Assembly: GCA_900315885.1 (NCBI GenBank)
Contig: ONAT01000001.1
Span: 81,920-145,919 of the forward strand
DNA: 64,000 bases
Direction: 5' to 3'
Source of the DNA: an uncultured Erysipelotrichaceae bacterium
GTDB taxonomy: Bacteria > Bacillota_I > Bacilli_A > RFN20 > CAG-826
Part shown: in pieces, positions 10,419 to 21,298 of the stretch
How the letters are laid out: every line of letters begins with the position of its first letter
Numbering within the stretch: the stretch's first letter is position 1
Notes under the pieces: generated by a model
Database searches by the model: none
Seen by the model: only the letters and a program-made list of their open reading frames with translations
Told to the model about the DNA's origin: nothing
Translations under genes and position numbers: made by a program

Positions 10419-13060
10419 TGTTAAAACTTATTAATGTTTCAAAATCTATTTTATCAAGAAAAGTTTTACAAGATATAAATTTATGTTTTAATTCAAGTGG
10501 CTTTTATGTCATTACAGGGCCATCAGGATGTGGTAAAACTACTTTACTCAACATCCTTGCTAAGTATGATAAAAATTATCAAGGATTAATATTATATAAA
10601 GGCTTACAAAGTGGATACGATAATTGTTCTATTGCGTATATGACACAAAAAAGTATATTATTAAATGATGAAACATCAATTAGTAACCTAGAAATATCGT
10701 GCTTTTTAGATACTTTGGCTTATACAAAATCAAATTTAAGTAAGCAAATAAATAACATAAATATCAATGGAACTAATTACGTGAAATATTTGTCAGGTGG
10801 GCAAAAACAAAAAGTAGCGTTTTTGTCACAGTTTATTAAAAAAGCAAACGTGATATTATGCGATGAAATAACATCGGGATTAGATGAAAATAATGCAATT
10901 ACAATTGTAAAACGATTAAAAGAACTTTCAAAACATCGCCTGGTAATTATGGTTACACACAATATAAATGTTGTGGAAGGATTTTATGATGCTATGTATA
11001 AAATGATGGATGGTAAAATAGTTGAAAAAATTGTAAATCCATCAAAAAATAGTAATCTTTTCATAAGAAAAATTAGCAAAAAGAAGAAACACTTGAATTT
11101 TCGTTTGTTATTCCGTATTGTTTTAAACAAAATAAGAACAAAATTTCATCGAACGTCGATTTGTATAAGCATGTTATCAATTGGCTTTACTTGTTTTACA
11201 CTTTCAACTTTGATTACTTCATCTATTAAGCAAAACGTATTAAATGCTTTTAATTCAATTCTAAAATCTGATGAACTAGTTTTTAGACCAAAAATTGCAA
11301 ATAAAAAAGAGAATTTAGTCCCCGTTAGTAAAGATATTTATAATGATATTTTAAACAAATATCCAGAATATTTTGATAATTTATGTGTAAAATATACGAC
11401 GAATATTGATAGCGCTTTAGAGAAAAGTGATTGTGTTTTGTTGTTAGATAAAAAGAAAGTGGCATTGCCATCATTATCATTAAATTGCGTAAATGATTTT
11501 GTTTTAGAAAACGATTTATCATTAGACAATGACCAAATTGTTTTAACTTTGACAAAAAGTACTTTGACATTAGTGCGTCTATTTTTAGATATTAAAAGTG
11601 ATGATTTACAAATAATTAATAATTTTATCAAAGGGATAAATTTGTCGTTATCATTTTATGTTAGTAATAGTAAATGGGATTATAAAGATCAAATATCGTT
11701 TCGGATAATGTCAATTAATGAAGGAGAAAAAGATTACATTATCCACTCAAATCCTTTATTTAACCAATATATTTATGAAGATTTAATGCGCTTTAAGGAC
11801 ATAGATAATCTCATAAACTATGTTCCATGGGCTTTAGAAAAGCAAACATATCTTCATAGTTTAAATGTTTCAAGATTTTTAAATGATAGTTTTTTTATAG
11901 ATGAATTTAAGAAATATATTCCATCAAAATATAATGATTTTGGTATAGTTTTTTTTGATTTTAGTGGCAAGTCCATAAATGAAAATGATATAAAAAAATA
12001 TTTATCACACGACTACATTTATGATATTAAATTTAATACTTTAAATAGTTATTGTGTCATTAATGATACGATGATATCAGGTTTTGCAAATGACTTCTTG
12101 CTAACAAGTGATGAAAACAAATTAGAAGAAGTAATAGAGGCAAATTCAAGACTTAAAAAGAATGAAACTAGTGTTTATCCAGATGATATAGCGTTAGGGA
12201 ACGCCACTAATTTAAAATCAAATAATGTTACATTTTCAAGTTATTTTTCTAAAGAAATAGCTTTAAAAACAAACGAAGTATATGTTTCAAAATCACTCTT
12301 TTTCCATTTGTTTAAAAAAGATTTTTCTAGTGTTCAAAAAGCAAAAATTGCTTATTTAAATAGAGTATCTTATGATGAAAATAGCCGTATAAACACATAT
12401 ACATGTGCTGATATTTATATTAAAGGTGTCATCGAAAGCGAAGGATATTGTGTTTTTCAACGACCAAAGTGGTTAATTACTTATTTCCGCGATTATCTTA
12501 ATGTCCCTAATGAAGAATTAATTGTTAAAAGTGTGCAATTTAAATGCAAAGATAAATATAAATCAAATTTGTTAAGAGAAAATTCTAATAATAATGATTT
12601 TGAAATAATAGATGATTCACAAAATGTATCAAGTATTATTACTAATACCATTGATATAACACAAGCGATTCTAAAAATCTTATCGTATTGTACGCTGTCT
12701 CTATCTTTAATAATGATAATTTTAGTTGCGTATTTATTTAACAAAGAAAACATCAACGATTTTGTAGCTATTTATGTTTTAGGTGGTGGCAAAAAAGATG
12801 TCAGAAATTATAAAATCGTGTACCTTTTTGTAATTGTTTTTAGTTCATTCCTTTTAACTTGCTTTTCGATGATATTTATATATCTTTTACTTAAAATCTC
12901 CAATATTTCTTTTATTGAAATTGGTATAAAAGAAGTTATGAATGCTTTTAAAACAACATTAAAACTATTATTTGGAATATGTGTGCTTTTATTAATTCTA
13001 AATGGCACGTTTTTAAAGACAAGTGAAAAAATAGATAAGTTAATTAAAGACTACAAATAA
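10418..13060 (+). CDS. Fused ABC ATPase / FtsX-type permease with a very large (~480 aa) extracytoplasmic domain
   Basis: GPSGCGKTT, LSGGQKQKVAF, LCDEITSGLD and VTHN motifs, then TM1 at about aa 245-270 and a C-terminal 3-TM block. It overlaps the preceding stop by 1 nt. Confidence 0.8.
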   Translation: MLKLINVSKSILSRKVLQDINLCFNSSGFYVITGPSGCGKTTLLNILAKYDKNYQGLILYKGLQSGYDNCSIAYMTQKSILLNDETSISNLEISCFLDTLAYTKSNLSKQINNININGTNYVKYLSGGQKQKVAFLSQFIKKANVILCDEITSGLDENNAITIVKRLKELSKHRLVIMVTHNINVVEGFYDAMYKMMDGKIVEKIVNPSKNSNLFIRKISKKKKHLNFRLLFRIVLNKIRTKFHRTSICISMLSIGFTCFTLSTLITSSIKQNVLNAFNSILKSDELVFRPKIANKKENLVPVSKDIYNDILNKYPEYFDNLCVKYTTNIDSALEKSDCVLLLDKKKVALPSLSLNCVNDFVLENDLSLDNDQIVLTLTKSTLTLVRLFLDIKSDDLQIINNFIKGINLSLSFYVSNSKWDYKDQISFRIMSINEGEKDYIIHSNPLFNQYIYEDLMRFKDIDNLINYVPWALEKQTYLHSLNVSRFLNDSFFIDEFKKYIPSKYNDFGIVFFDFSGKSINENDIKKYLSHDYIYDIKFNTLNSYCVINDTMISGFANDFLLTSDENKLEEVIEANSRLKKNETSVYPDDIALGNATNLKSNNVTFSSYFSKEIALKTNEVYVSKSLFFHLFKKDFSSVQKAKIAYLNRVSYDENSRINTYTCADIYIKGVIESEGYCVFQRPKWLITYFRDYLNVPNEELIVKSVQFKCKDKYKSNLLRENSNNNDFEIIDDSQNVSSIITNTIDITQAILKILSYCTLSLSLIMIILVAYLFNKENINDFVAIYVLGGGKKDVRNYKIVYLFVIVFSSFLLTCFSMIFIYLLLKISNISFIEIGIKEVMNAFKTTLKLLFGICVLLLILNGTFLKTSEKIDKLIKDYK

Positions 13061-13148
13061 TAAAATGTTTTATTTATTAATAAAACGTGTTAAAATATAT
13101 ACGAAGTTAGTATGTCGGTAAAGTTCATAAGCTTCAGAAAGGGTCATT

Positions 13149-13346
13149 ATGAAAGGTACAGTAAAGATGTTCAATGCGGAAAAAGGCTATGGCTTCATTC
13201 GCACTGAAGATGGTAGAGATGCATTCTTCCACTATTCTGCATTAGTGATGGATAATTACAAAACAGCAGAAAAGGGTGAAGCTGTAGAATTCAATTTAGA
13301 AGAATCTGATCGTGGTCTTCGCGCCAACAACATCCATAAATTATAG
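13149..13346 (+). CDS. Cold-shock protein (CspA family)
   Basis: GTVKMFNAEKGYGFI (RNP1) and DAFFHYS (RNP2); 65 aa. Confidence 0.95.
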   Translation: MKGTVKMFNAEKGYGFIRTEDGRDAFFHYSALVMDNYKTAEKGEAVEFNLEESDRGLRANNIHKL

Positions 13347-13360
13347 TGTTTGATTGTTTA

Positions 13361-13390
13361 AAGTCACTTCGTTAAGGAGTGGCTTTTTTT
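13361..13390 (+). terminator. Rho-independent terminator
   Basis: AGTCACTTC / GGAGTGGCT hairpin (with G-U pairs) followed by T7. Confidence 0.6.
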
Positions 13391-13522
13391 ATAGAAATTT
13401 TCGAAATTTGGTTATTAAGAATAACCACTTGAATTTGTAATCTTTACAAGATACAAATAATTCTTTTTACTTTATACAATTTTAATTGTATAATATATTG
13501 AGTTTACATAGGAGTGATTTTT

Positions 13523-14629
13523 ATGGGATTAAAAGCAGGAATCGTTGGTTTACCAAACGTTGGAAAATCAACTTTATTTAATGCAATTACAAATTCTCAT
13601 GTTGAAGCCGCGAATTATCCTTTTGCGACTATTAACCCAAATACAGGAATAGTTTTAGTTCCCGATGAAAGATTAGATGATTTAACAAATATCTTCCATC
13701 CAAAAAAGAAAATAAATGCAACATTTGAATTTTATGATATTGCAGGTTTAGTTAGAGGTGCTTCTAAAGGTGAAGGCCTTGGTAACCAATTTCTGGCGCA
13801 TATTCGTGAATGTGATGCAATTGTCGAAGTTGTTCGTTGCTTTGATTCTACAGAAATTATTCACGTTGATAATACTGTTGATCCAAAAAGAGATATTGAG
13901 ACTATCAATCTTGAATTAGTTATGGCGGATTTAGAAAGTGTTCAAAAACGAATTGATAAAGTTGCAAATAAGGCACGTGTGAGCAAAGACAAAATTTCTT
14001 TGTTTGAAATGAATATATTAACGCCACTTCACGATGCTTTAGAGCAAGGACTTCCTGCTCGTTCTGTTTCTTTAACAAGTGAACAAAAACAATACGCTAA
14101 AGTTAATTTTGGTTTATTGACTTTAAAACCTATTATTTATGTTGCTAATGTTTCGGAAGACGATTATGGCAATATTGGAGGATGCAAATATTATCAAATA
14201 GTAAAAGAAATCGCTGAAGCTGAAGGAGCGCAAGCAATTCCAGTTTCTTGTGAGATTGAAAGCCAATTAACAGAACTTTCTAAAGAAGAAAAAGAAATGT
14301 TCTTAAAAGATTTAGGCGCAACTGAATCAGGACTTGATAAAGTTATTAAGTCTGCTTATAAATTATTAAATTTATGCACTTTCTTTACCGTTGGTGAAGA
14401 CGAATGTCGTGCCTGGACTTTTAAAGAAGGAATGTTAGCGCCTCAATGTGCAGGTATTATTCATACTGACTTTGAAAAAGGATTTATTAAAGCAGAAGTT
14501 TATACTTATGAAGACATTATGCAATATAAGACAGAACTTGGTGTTAAAGAAGCTGGTAAACTAAGAATTGAAGGAAAAGATTATGTTGCAAAAGATGGTG
14601 ACATAATGCACTTTAGATTTAATGTTTAG
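13523..14629 (+). CDS. ychF: Ribosome-binding ATPase YchF
   Basis: [16 protein letters not shown], with an Obg-like GTPase domain plus a TGS domain. The start is set at ATG 13523, 8 nt after AGGAG. Confidence 0.95.
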   Translation: MGLKAGIVGLPNVGKSTLFNAITNSHVEAANYPFATINPNTGIVLVPDERLDDLTNIFHPKKKINATFEFYDIAGLVRGASKGEGLGNQFLAHIRECDAIVEVVRCFDSTEIIHVDNTVDPKRDIETINLELVMADLESVQKRIDKVANKARVSKDKISLFEMNILTPLHDALEQGLPARSVSLTSEQKQYAKVNFGLLTLKPIIYVANVSEDDYGNIGGCKYYQIVKEIAEAEGAQAIPVSCEIESQLTELSKEEKEMFLKDLGATESGLDKVIKSAYKLLNLCTFFTVGEDECRAWTFKEGMLAPQCAGIIHTDFEKGFIKAEVYTYEDIMQYKTELGVKEAGKLRIEGKDYVAKDGDIMHFRFNV

Positions 14630-14639
14630 AGGTGAACTT

Positions 14640-15119
14640 ATGTTTAGAATTGGATACGCTAGTGACATACATCGTTTAGTCAAAGATCGAAAACTAATTT
14701 TAGGCGGAGTTGAAATACCTCATGAGTTTGGTTTATTAGGGCATAGTGATGCTGATGTAGTTATACATGCTCTAGGAGAATCAATATTAGGAGCTTTAGC
14801 ATTAGGAGACTTAGGCACTCATTTTCCAGACACTGATGAAAAATATAAAGATATTGATTCAAAGATTTTACTTAAAGAAATTTATAAATTAATGAGAGAT
14901 GAAGGATATAGTTTAGAAAATGCGGATGTTTCTATTAGCCTAGAAAAGCCAAAGCTTAAAAACTATATACCTCAAATGAGAAAAATACTTGCTGAAATAT
15001 TAAATGTTGACGTTTCAGCAATATCAATAAAAGCTGGCACAAATGAAGGCGTCGGACCAGTAGGACGCGGCGAAGCTTGTGTTGCCACGAGCGTTGTGCT
15101 TTTAAGAAAGGATATTTAA
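14640..15119 (+). CDS. ispF: 2-C-methyl-D-erythritol 2,4-cyclodiphosphate synthase
   Basis: RIGYASDIHRL and GHSDADV motifs. The start is set at ATG 14640 after AGAGGTG, giving the typical 159 aa. Confidence 0.95.
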   Translation: MFRIGYASDIHRLVKDRKLILGGVEIPHEFGLLGHSDADVVIHALGESILGALALGDLGTHFPDTDEKYKDIDSKILLKEIYKLMRDEGYSLENADVSISLEKPKLKNYIPQMRKILAEILNVDVSAISIKAGTNEGVGPVGRGEACVATSVVLLRKDI

Positions 15120-15120
15120 T

Positions 15121-16563
15121 ATGGAGAAAAAAGTTCGTGTAAGATATGCACCATCACCAACAGGTTTTTTACATATCGGCGGAGCAAGATCAGCATTATT
15201 TAATTACTTATATGCTAAAAAATATAATGGTGATTTTGTATTTAGAATTGAAGATACTGACATTGAAAGAAATGTTAAAGGTGGAGAAGAGAGCCAATTA
15301 AATGATTTAATGTGGTTAGGAATTGTTCCTGATGAATCTCCAATGAATCCAAATCCTAAATATGCACCATATCGTCAAATGGAAAGAATTGAAACATATC
15401 ATAAATACGCTCAATGGTTAATTGATCATGGTTATGCATATGAATGCTACTGCAATGAAGAAGAACTAGATGCTAGTAGAGAAGAACAATATTCACGTGG
15501 TATTAATGCACCAAAATATGACCGTCATTGTTTAAATCTAACTGAAGAAGAAAAAGAAAAATATAGAAAAGAAGGACGTAAACCTTGCATTAGATTAAAA
15601 CTTCAAGACCATTTGGAAATTAGTTTTAATGACTTAATTAGAGGTAAAGTTACATTTAATAACGATGACATTGGTGACTGGGTTATTATGAAATCCAGTG
15701 GTATTCCAACATATAATTTTGCTGTTGTTATCGATGATCACCTTATGGAAATTAGCCATGTTTTACGTGGCGAAGAGCACTTATCAAATACGCCAAAACA
15801 AATTCAATTATATAAATATTTTGGCTGGGAAGTTCCAACTTTTGGACATATGACAATTATTATTAACGAAAATGGTAAGAAATTATCAAAACGTGATAAT
15901 AATATCTTACAATTTATGTCTCAATATCGTGAACTAGGATATTTGCCAGAAGCAATTTTTAATTTCATCTTATTATTAGGATGGACTCCAAATAGCGAAA
16001 AAGAATTCTTTACATTAGAAGAAGCTAAACACGAATTTGATCCAAGTCGTATGTCTTCATCCCCATCAATGTTTGATCAAAACAAAATGAATTGGATGAA
16101 TGCTCAATACATTAGAAAACTTGATGAAAAAAAATATTTAGAATTCATCAAACCATTCTTAGCAAAAGTAGTAGATATCACTAAAGTTAGCGATGAAAAA
16201 TTACTTTTTATGGCTAATATGTTTAAAGAAGAAATACAATATGGCCAAGAAATAGTCAATTTATTGAAGCCATTATTTGAATATCATTTAGATGAATCAG
16301 ATGAAGCAAAAGAAATTCTTGCTTTAGAAACAACTCCTCTTGTTGTAAAAGAATTTATAAAACAAATTGACAATGTTAATGATTTAGAACAAGATACTCT
16401 CAAGATGATGTTTAAAAATATTGCTACTTCTACAGGTGTAAAAGGCAAGAACTTATATATGCCAATTAGACTTTTATTAACAGGCCAAATGCATGGGGCA
16501 GAAATAGTAAACATTATAAAACTTTTAGGAAAAGAAGAAGTTTTAAAAAGAGTTAGTAAATAG
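15121..16563 (+). CDS. gltX: Glutamate--tRNA ligase
   Basis: Class I HIGH motif (PTGFLHIGGAR) and KLSKR (KMSKS-type) motif. Confidence 0.95.
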   Translation: MEKKVRVRYAPSPTGFLHIGGARSALFNYLYAKKYNGDFVFRIEDTDIERNVKGGEESQLNDLMWLGIVPDESPMNPNPKYAPYRQMERIETYHKYAQWLIDHGYAYECYCNEEELDASREEQYSRGINAPKYDRHCLNLTEEEKEKYRKEGRKPCIRLKLQDHLEISFNDLIRGKVTFNNDDIGDWVIMKSSGIPTYNFAVVIDDHLMEISHVLRGEEHLSNTPKQIQLYKYFGWEVPTFGHMTIIINENGKKLSKRDNNILQFMSQYRELGYLPEAIFNFILLLGWTPNSEKEFFTLEEAKHEFDPSRMSSSPSMFDQNKMNWMNAQYIRKLDEKKYLEFIKPFLAKVVDITKVSDEKLLFMANMFKEEIQYGQEIVNLLKPLFEYHLDESDEAKEILALETTPLVVKEFIKQIDNVNDLEQDTLKMMFKNIATSTGVKGKNLYMPIRLLLTGQMHGAEIVNIIKLLGKEEVLKRVSK

Positions 16564-18409
16564 AATAATAAGTTTGTGATTCATGACCACCATTTTTGAT
16601 TTTAAAAGGCTTTAAAGAATCACTAGGTTTATAAAAATTATTCGTTTTATTTTCAGTTAAAGAATCGGCGATACTTACGAACAATTTCTTTGCAAGTGCG
16701 CCGTTTTTTAATTTTTCATTATTATCGTTGCCTACATATACAGCAATAGTGAAGTCTTTATTAAATCCTACAACCCAAGAATTTGATTCAGTTGAGCCAG
16801 TTTTTGCCGCAAAAATATTTTTAGTTTGATAATTAACAAGTGATGGAGATGTATATGATACTAAGCCAGCATCAAATGGAGCACGCATCATATAGTTTAA
16901 AGCTAAAACATAGTCTTTATTAAGACGAAATTTAGCCTTGTTATTCTTTTTATATATAACATCTCCGTTTTTTAAAGTCGATTCTTTTATGACTCGTGGT
17001 TCATAATATGCACCTTCACTTGCGAATGTGTTAAAAATTGTTGCTAATTGAAGTGGAGACATCTCATTTGTGCCAAGGCCGATTGTAGGATTAGTTATGA
17101 CATTATCAATGCCAAATCTTTTCAAAAGAGCACCGAATTTATCGCTTCCTAATAGCAATAATGTTTTAGTAGCGTAAATGTTATCTGATAGTGCTAGGGC
17201 TTCAACCATAGTTATTGGTCCATTTGCGTATGTATTAGTGGCATTAGAAGGAGAATATTCGCCGACATTTTCTAAATGAAAAGTTGTAGGTTTAGAGATT
17301 AAAGTTGTGGTAGTGTCTAGTCCAGATTCAAGCGCTAAATAATATAGTAAAGGTTTTATTGTGGATCCTGTTTGACGCTTAGCTTGTGTCGCACGATTGA
17401 ATTGGGAACTATTATAATTTACGCCACCAACTAACGCTAACACATCGCCAGAATATGGCTTCATAACCACCACGGCAACTTGTGATTTTGTTTCATCAAT
17501 AGTTTCTTTTTTGATGATATTACTTACTTTTTTAGATATTTTCTTATCTAAAGTAGTATGAATATTTACTCCATTAATTAAATTTGTCTCATTTAAGGCG
17601 TTTTCATTTGTTAGTATTTCTCTTGTGTAATCATAAAAGTATAAATCACTAGGATTGGTACTACTTTTCTTTTGAAAATTATATTGTAAATCTTCGCTTA
17701 AAGCTTCTTGATATTCGTTTAAAGAAATTTTGCCAAGGTTATAGGTGGTTTTTAAAACTTGCTCTTTCTTGCGATTGCTTTGCTCGAGATTAATTTCTGG
17801 CGAATAATAAGAAGGCGCAGATATTATACCTGTTAATAAAGCACATTGTGCTAAAGATAGATTTATAGGTTTTTCCTTAAAAAAATAATAACTTGCTTCA
17901 TCTATTCCGTATATGTTGTGGCCAAAATATATGGAATTTAAATAAGCCTCAAATATATCTTTTTTCGAGAAAGTCATTTCGATTTTTTTAGCAATTAAGG
18001 CTTCTTTTATTTTTCTTGCGATGCTTTTTTCATTTGATAAATATAATGTTCTTGCTAGTTGTTGCGTAATTGTGGAAGCGCCAGCAACGATTTTGCCACT
18101 TTTTAAATTACTTAATAAACTGCCAACTATTCTTTTATAATCTAGTCCATGATGACTATAAAAGTTTTTGTCTTCTGAAGCGATAATACATTTTTCTAAG
18201 TATGGTGAGATTTTATCTATGGGTACATATTCTCCAATTCCATAGTAATGATAGGACAAAGATTCTTCATCGTCGTTGTCATAAAATGTGTAGCACTTGT
18301 TGTATTTTATAACGGGAGTGGGGACAAAAAAAGCGCAAATATTCCCTATGATTATTGTAAAAATAGGAATAAGTATTGCGATAATAATTGGTTTGCGTTT
18401 TGCTTTCAT
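16553..18409 (-). CDS. Class A penicillin-binding protein (transglycosylase/transpeptidase)
   Basis: N-terminal TM segment. GT51 motifs EDKNFYSHHG and GASTITQQL, and transpeptidase motifs STIKP, SDN and KTGST. Confidence 0.9.
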   Translation of the reverse strand: MKAKRKPIIIAILIPIFTIIIGNICAFFVPTPVIKYNKCYTFYDNDDEESLSYHYYGIGEYVPIDKISPYLEKCIIASEDKNFYSHHGLDYKRIVGSLLSNLKSGKIVAGASTITQQLARTLYLSNEKSIARKIKEALIAKKIEMTFSKKDIFEAYLNSIYFGHNIYGIDEASYYFFKEKPINLSLAQCALLTGIISAPSYYSPEINLEQSNRKKEQVLKTTYNLGKISLNEYQEALSEDLQYNFQKKSSTNPSDLYFYDYTREILTNENALNETNLINGVNIHTTLDKKISKKVSNIIKKETIDETKSQVAVVVMKPYSGDVLALVGGVNYNSSQFNRATQAKRQTGSTIKPLLYYLALESGLDTTTTLISKPTTFHLENVGEYSPSNATNTYANGPITMVEALALSDNIYATKTLLLLGSDKFGALLKRFGIDNVITNPTIGLGTNEMSPLQLATIFNTFASEGAYYEPRVIKESTLKNGDVIYKKNNKAKFRLNKDYVLALNYMMRAPFDAGLVSYTSPSLVNYQTKNIFAAKTGSTESNSWVVGFNKDFTIAVYVGNDNNEKLKNGALAKKLFVSIADSLTENKTNNFYKPSDSLKPFKIKNGGHESQTYYSIY

Positions 18410-18486
18410 GTAATTATTTTTAACGATTTAAGTATATTTATACTTATTATTTATTAATTAGTAATTTTGAAGTATAATTTTTTTAG

Positions 18487-18876
18487 GTGATAGAAGTGAA
18501 TGAAATTGTAAAAGTTAAGCAAATACAAACTGTTGATAAAGAAGAAGTGCTCCTGTTTGTAGGCAAAGTTTTGCATCATGATGATTCAAAGATAGTTCTT
18601 AAAATAGAATATGAAAACAAGTACATTAAAACATTAACAATTGAAAGAATAAATGACACCACTATCACATTACGCAATAATTTTGAAGAACCAACGATAC
18701 TTAAAAAAGGTGAAAAGTCACAGTTTAAGTACTCGTTAGGTAATCAATATATTTTGCTTGATTGCATTTTAAATGAACTCAGTTTTAAAAAGGATTACAT
18801 TGAATTAGATTATAATTTTTATCAAAATAATAGTCATGTAAGTCATAATAAGTTAATTATTTCTAACGATATTTAA
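18487..18876 (+). CDS. Hypothetical protein, possibly DUF1934 (YwiB-like beta-barrel)
   Basis: 129 aa with a GTG start. The beta-strand-like pattern and the position just upstream of rpoE resemble DUF1934 genes; this comes from memory only. Confidence 0.4.
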   Translation: MIEVNEIVKVKQIQTVDKEEVLLFVGKVLHHDDSKIVLKIEYENKYIKTLTIERINDTTITLRNNFEEPTILKKGEKSQFKYSLGNQYILLDCILNELSFKKDYIELDYNFYQNNSHVSHNKLIISNDI

Positions 18877-18989
18877 TAAAACATATCATTTCGCTTGAAA
18901 TTTTAGTCAAAATAGTTCATTATTTATTAGGTTGAGTTATTAATAGTTTCTATTAATTACTCATAGTTACATTATTTGGAGGAATAAAT

Positions 18990-19391
18990 ATGTCACAAAA
19001 ATCAATGGTTGATATCGCATACGATTATGCAAAACAATTTGACGAACCAGTACCATTTAAAGATATTTGGGAAGTTGTTGTTAACGAATTAGGTTTAAGT
19101 GAAGAAGAAGCAAAAGCTAAAATTAGTATTTTCTACACTAACTTATCACTTGATTGCCGTTTCCATAGCAAACCAGATAATACATGGATTTTACGTTCTA
19201 AATTGTCTTTTGATGACGCTACAGCAGATATCTTCTTAGTCAAAGAAGACTTAGATGGCGATACTGATGAAGATTACGAAGAGGACGAAGAAGAGGAAGA
19301 AGAATCTGAAGACGAAGAAATTGAGTCAGAAGATGATGACGACACATTAAACAGTAATATGTATAATGCGGAAGATGACGAGGAAGAATAA
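18990..19391 (+). CDS. rpoE: DNA-directed RNA polymerase delta subunit
   Basis: HARE-HTH-like N-terminus (MVDIAYDY...FKDIW) followed by a long Asp/Glu tail. Confidence 0.9.
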   Translation: MSQKSMVDIAYDYAKQFDEPVPFKDIWEVVVNELGLSEEEAKAKISIFYTNLSLDCRFHSKPDNTWILRSKLSFDDATADIFLVKEDLDGDTDEDYEEDEEEEEESEDEEIESEDDDDTLNSNMYNAEDDEEE

Positions 19392-19427
19392 ACCAAAATA
19401 AATGTTTGAGTGAAAGGAGATTTTATT

Positions 19428-20285
19428 ATGGGTTTAGTAAATATGAAAGAAATGCTTATCAAAGCAAGAAAAGAGCATTACGCTGTTGGTCAATTCAACA
19501 TTAATAATCTTGAATGGACACAAGCAATTTTGGATGAAGCACAAGCTCTTAATGCACCAGTTATTCTTGGTGTTTCTGAAGGTGCTGGCAAGTACATGGG
19601 TGGATGGACAGTTGTCTATGCAATGGTCAAAGCATATATTGAAGCTAAGAACATCACAGTTCCAGTTGCATTACATCTTGACCATGGTACATCATTTGAA
19701 GTATGTAAAGCTGCTATTGATGCAGGATTTACTTCAGTTATGATTGATGCTTCACATTATCCATTTGAAGAAAATATTGAAATGACAAAGAAAGTCGTTG
19801 AATATGCACACGCACGCGGTGTTTCAGTTGAAGCTGAATTAGGTAAAGTTGGAGGACAAGAAGATAACATTGTTGCTGAATCAATGTATGCCGATCCAGA
19901 AGAATGTAAGATTTTAGTTGAAAAGACTGGAATTGATTGCTTAGCACCAGCTTTAGGCTCAGTTCACGGACCATACCATGGCGAGCCAAAATTAGGCTTT
20001 ACAGAAATGGCTTATATCAATGAATTATTAAATATGCCACTTGTATTACATGGTGGTTCTGGAATTCCTGATGAACAATTAAGAAAAGCTATTGACCGTG
20101 GTACAGCAAAGATTAATGTTAATACTGAATCACAACAAGCTTGGACAGCTATTGTACGTAAAGTATTAAGCGAAGATAGCAAAGTATATGATCCACGTAA
20201 GGTCATTGGTCCTGGTAAAGAAGGAATCAAAGCTGTCGTTCGTGCAAAATGCGAAGTTTTCGGTTGTATCAACAAAGCTAACTAA
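19428..20285 (+). CDS. fba: Class II fructose-1,6-bisphosphate aldolase
   Basis: AVGQFN, LHLDHG and LVLHGGSG motifs. The start is set at ATG 19428, 8 nt after AAGGAG. Confidence 0.95.
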   Translation: MGLVNMKEMLIKARKEHYAVGQFNINNLEWTQAILDEAQALNAPVILGVSEGAGKYMGGWTVVYAMVKAYIEAKNITVPVALHLDHGTSFEVCKAAIDAGFTSVMIDASHYPFEENIEMTKKVVEYAHARGVSVEAELGKVGGQEDNIVAESMYADPEECKILVEKTGIDCLAPALGSVHGPYHGEPKLGFTEMAYINELLNMPLVLHGGSGIPDEQLRKAIDRGTAKINVNTESQQAWTAIVRKVLSEDSKVYDPRKVIGPGKEGIKAVVRAKCEVFGCINKAN

Positions 20286-20289
20286 TGAA

Positions 20290-20316
20290 GAATGCCTCTC
20301 AAAGGCATTTTTCTTT
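20290..20316 (+). terminator. Rho-independent terminator
   Basis: AATGCCT / AGGCATT hairpin followed by a T-run. It lies inside the 5' extension of the track ORF that starts at 20285. Confidence 0.6.
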
Positions 20317-20338
20317 ACATGTTGAAAGGAGTGCTAAA

Positions 20339-21298
20339 ATGCGAATTGAGAAAAAAATATTTGAAAGAATTAAAGAATACGATGTTATAACAATTTTTGG
20401 ACATGTAATGCCAGATGGTGATTGTTATGGCTCAGAGATTGGTCTAAGAGAAGCGATTAGAGCGACATTTCCTAACAAAAAAGTATTTGCGTTAGGTAGC
20501 GGTTTACCTAATATGTTTAATCGTTTAACAACGATGGATGAAGTTGATGATGAAACAATATCTAATTCATTAGCTATTGTTGTTGATGTGGCAAATGCTG
20601 AGCGTGTTGAAGATCAACGCTTTCATTTAGCAAAAGATATTATTAAAATTGATCACCACATTTTCGTTCATAAGTTTAGCTCTCTTGAACTTGTGGACAA
20701 TAACGCAATTGCGGCAGCCCAAATAATAACAAGAATTATTCGTTTAAATCGTATGAATTTATCGACATTAGGAGCAGAGGCTTTAATCTTAGGAATTATT
20801 ACTGATTCGGGCCGTTTCCAATATGGTTTAACAAGTGATAAGACATTTTTAGAAGCACAATTCTTAATGAAACATGGAGTCAATTTGCGTTCATTATATG
20901 ACACTCTTTATGCAGTAGAATTAAAAGATGTTAAGTTTAAAGGTTTCTTCTTGAATTCTTTTGAAACAAAGGAACATGTTGCATTTATGAAAATCCCATA
21001 TGCAGATAGTGTTAAATTATCTGTTAGCCCTGATTATGCGGCTAGCCAAGTTAATTTAATGGCAGGTATTAAAGGTTATCCAATTTGGGCATCATTTGCG
21101 GAAAAAGAAAATGGTGAAATTAGATGTGAACTGCGTAGTAAATCACCTGATTTAAATGTTCAATTGGTAGCAAAAAAATATGGCGGCGGAGGTCATATTC
21201 AAGCCTCAGGATGTCGTGTGCTTTCTTTTGAAGAGGTAGATAAGATTATAGAAGATTTAGAACTCTTAGCTAAAGGAGAATTTAAATATGTGGAATAA
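20339..21298 (+). CDS. nrnA: DHH/DHHA1 phosphoesterase (NrnA-like nanoRNase / pAp phosphatase)
   Basis: GHVMPDGDCYGS, DHH and GGGH motifs. The start is set at ATG 20339 after AAAGGAG. Confidence 0.8.
   Translation: MRIEKKIFERIKEYDVITIFGHVMPDGDCYGSEIGLREAIRATFPNKKVFALGSGLPNMFNRLTTMDEVDDETISNSLAIVVDVANAERVEDQRFHLAKDIIKIDHHIFVHKFSSLELVDNNAIAAAQIITRIIRLNRMNLSTLGAEALILGIITDSGRFQYGLTSDKTFLEAQFLMKHGVNLRSLYDTLYAVELKDVKFKGFFLNSFETKEHVAFMKIPYADSVKLSVSPDYAASQVNLMAGIKGYPIWASFAEKENGEIRCELRSKSPDLNVQLVAKKYGGGGHIQASGCRVLSFEEVDKIIEDLELLAKGEFKYVE

Noticed and set aside
16553-16563. An 11-nt convergent overlap of the gltX and PBP gene 3' ends with no terminator. There is a similar overlap at 23738-23748.
   Set aside because: This is probably just compact genome organisation. 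No additional structure is visible.
19274-19462. A 62-aa minus-strand ORF rich in poly-Ser.
   Set aside because: It is the antisense reading of the GAA/GAT-rich acidic tail of rpoE, a translation artefact.
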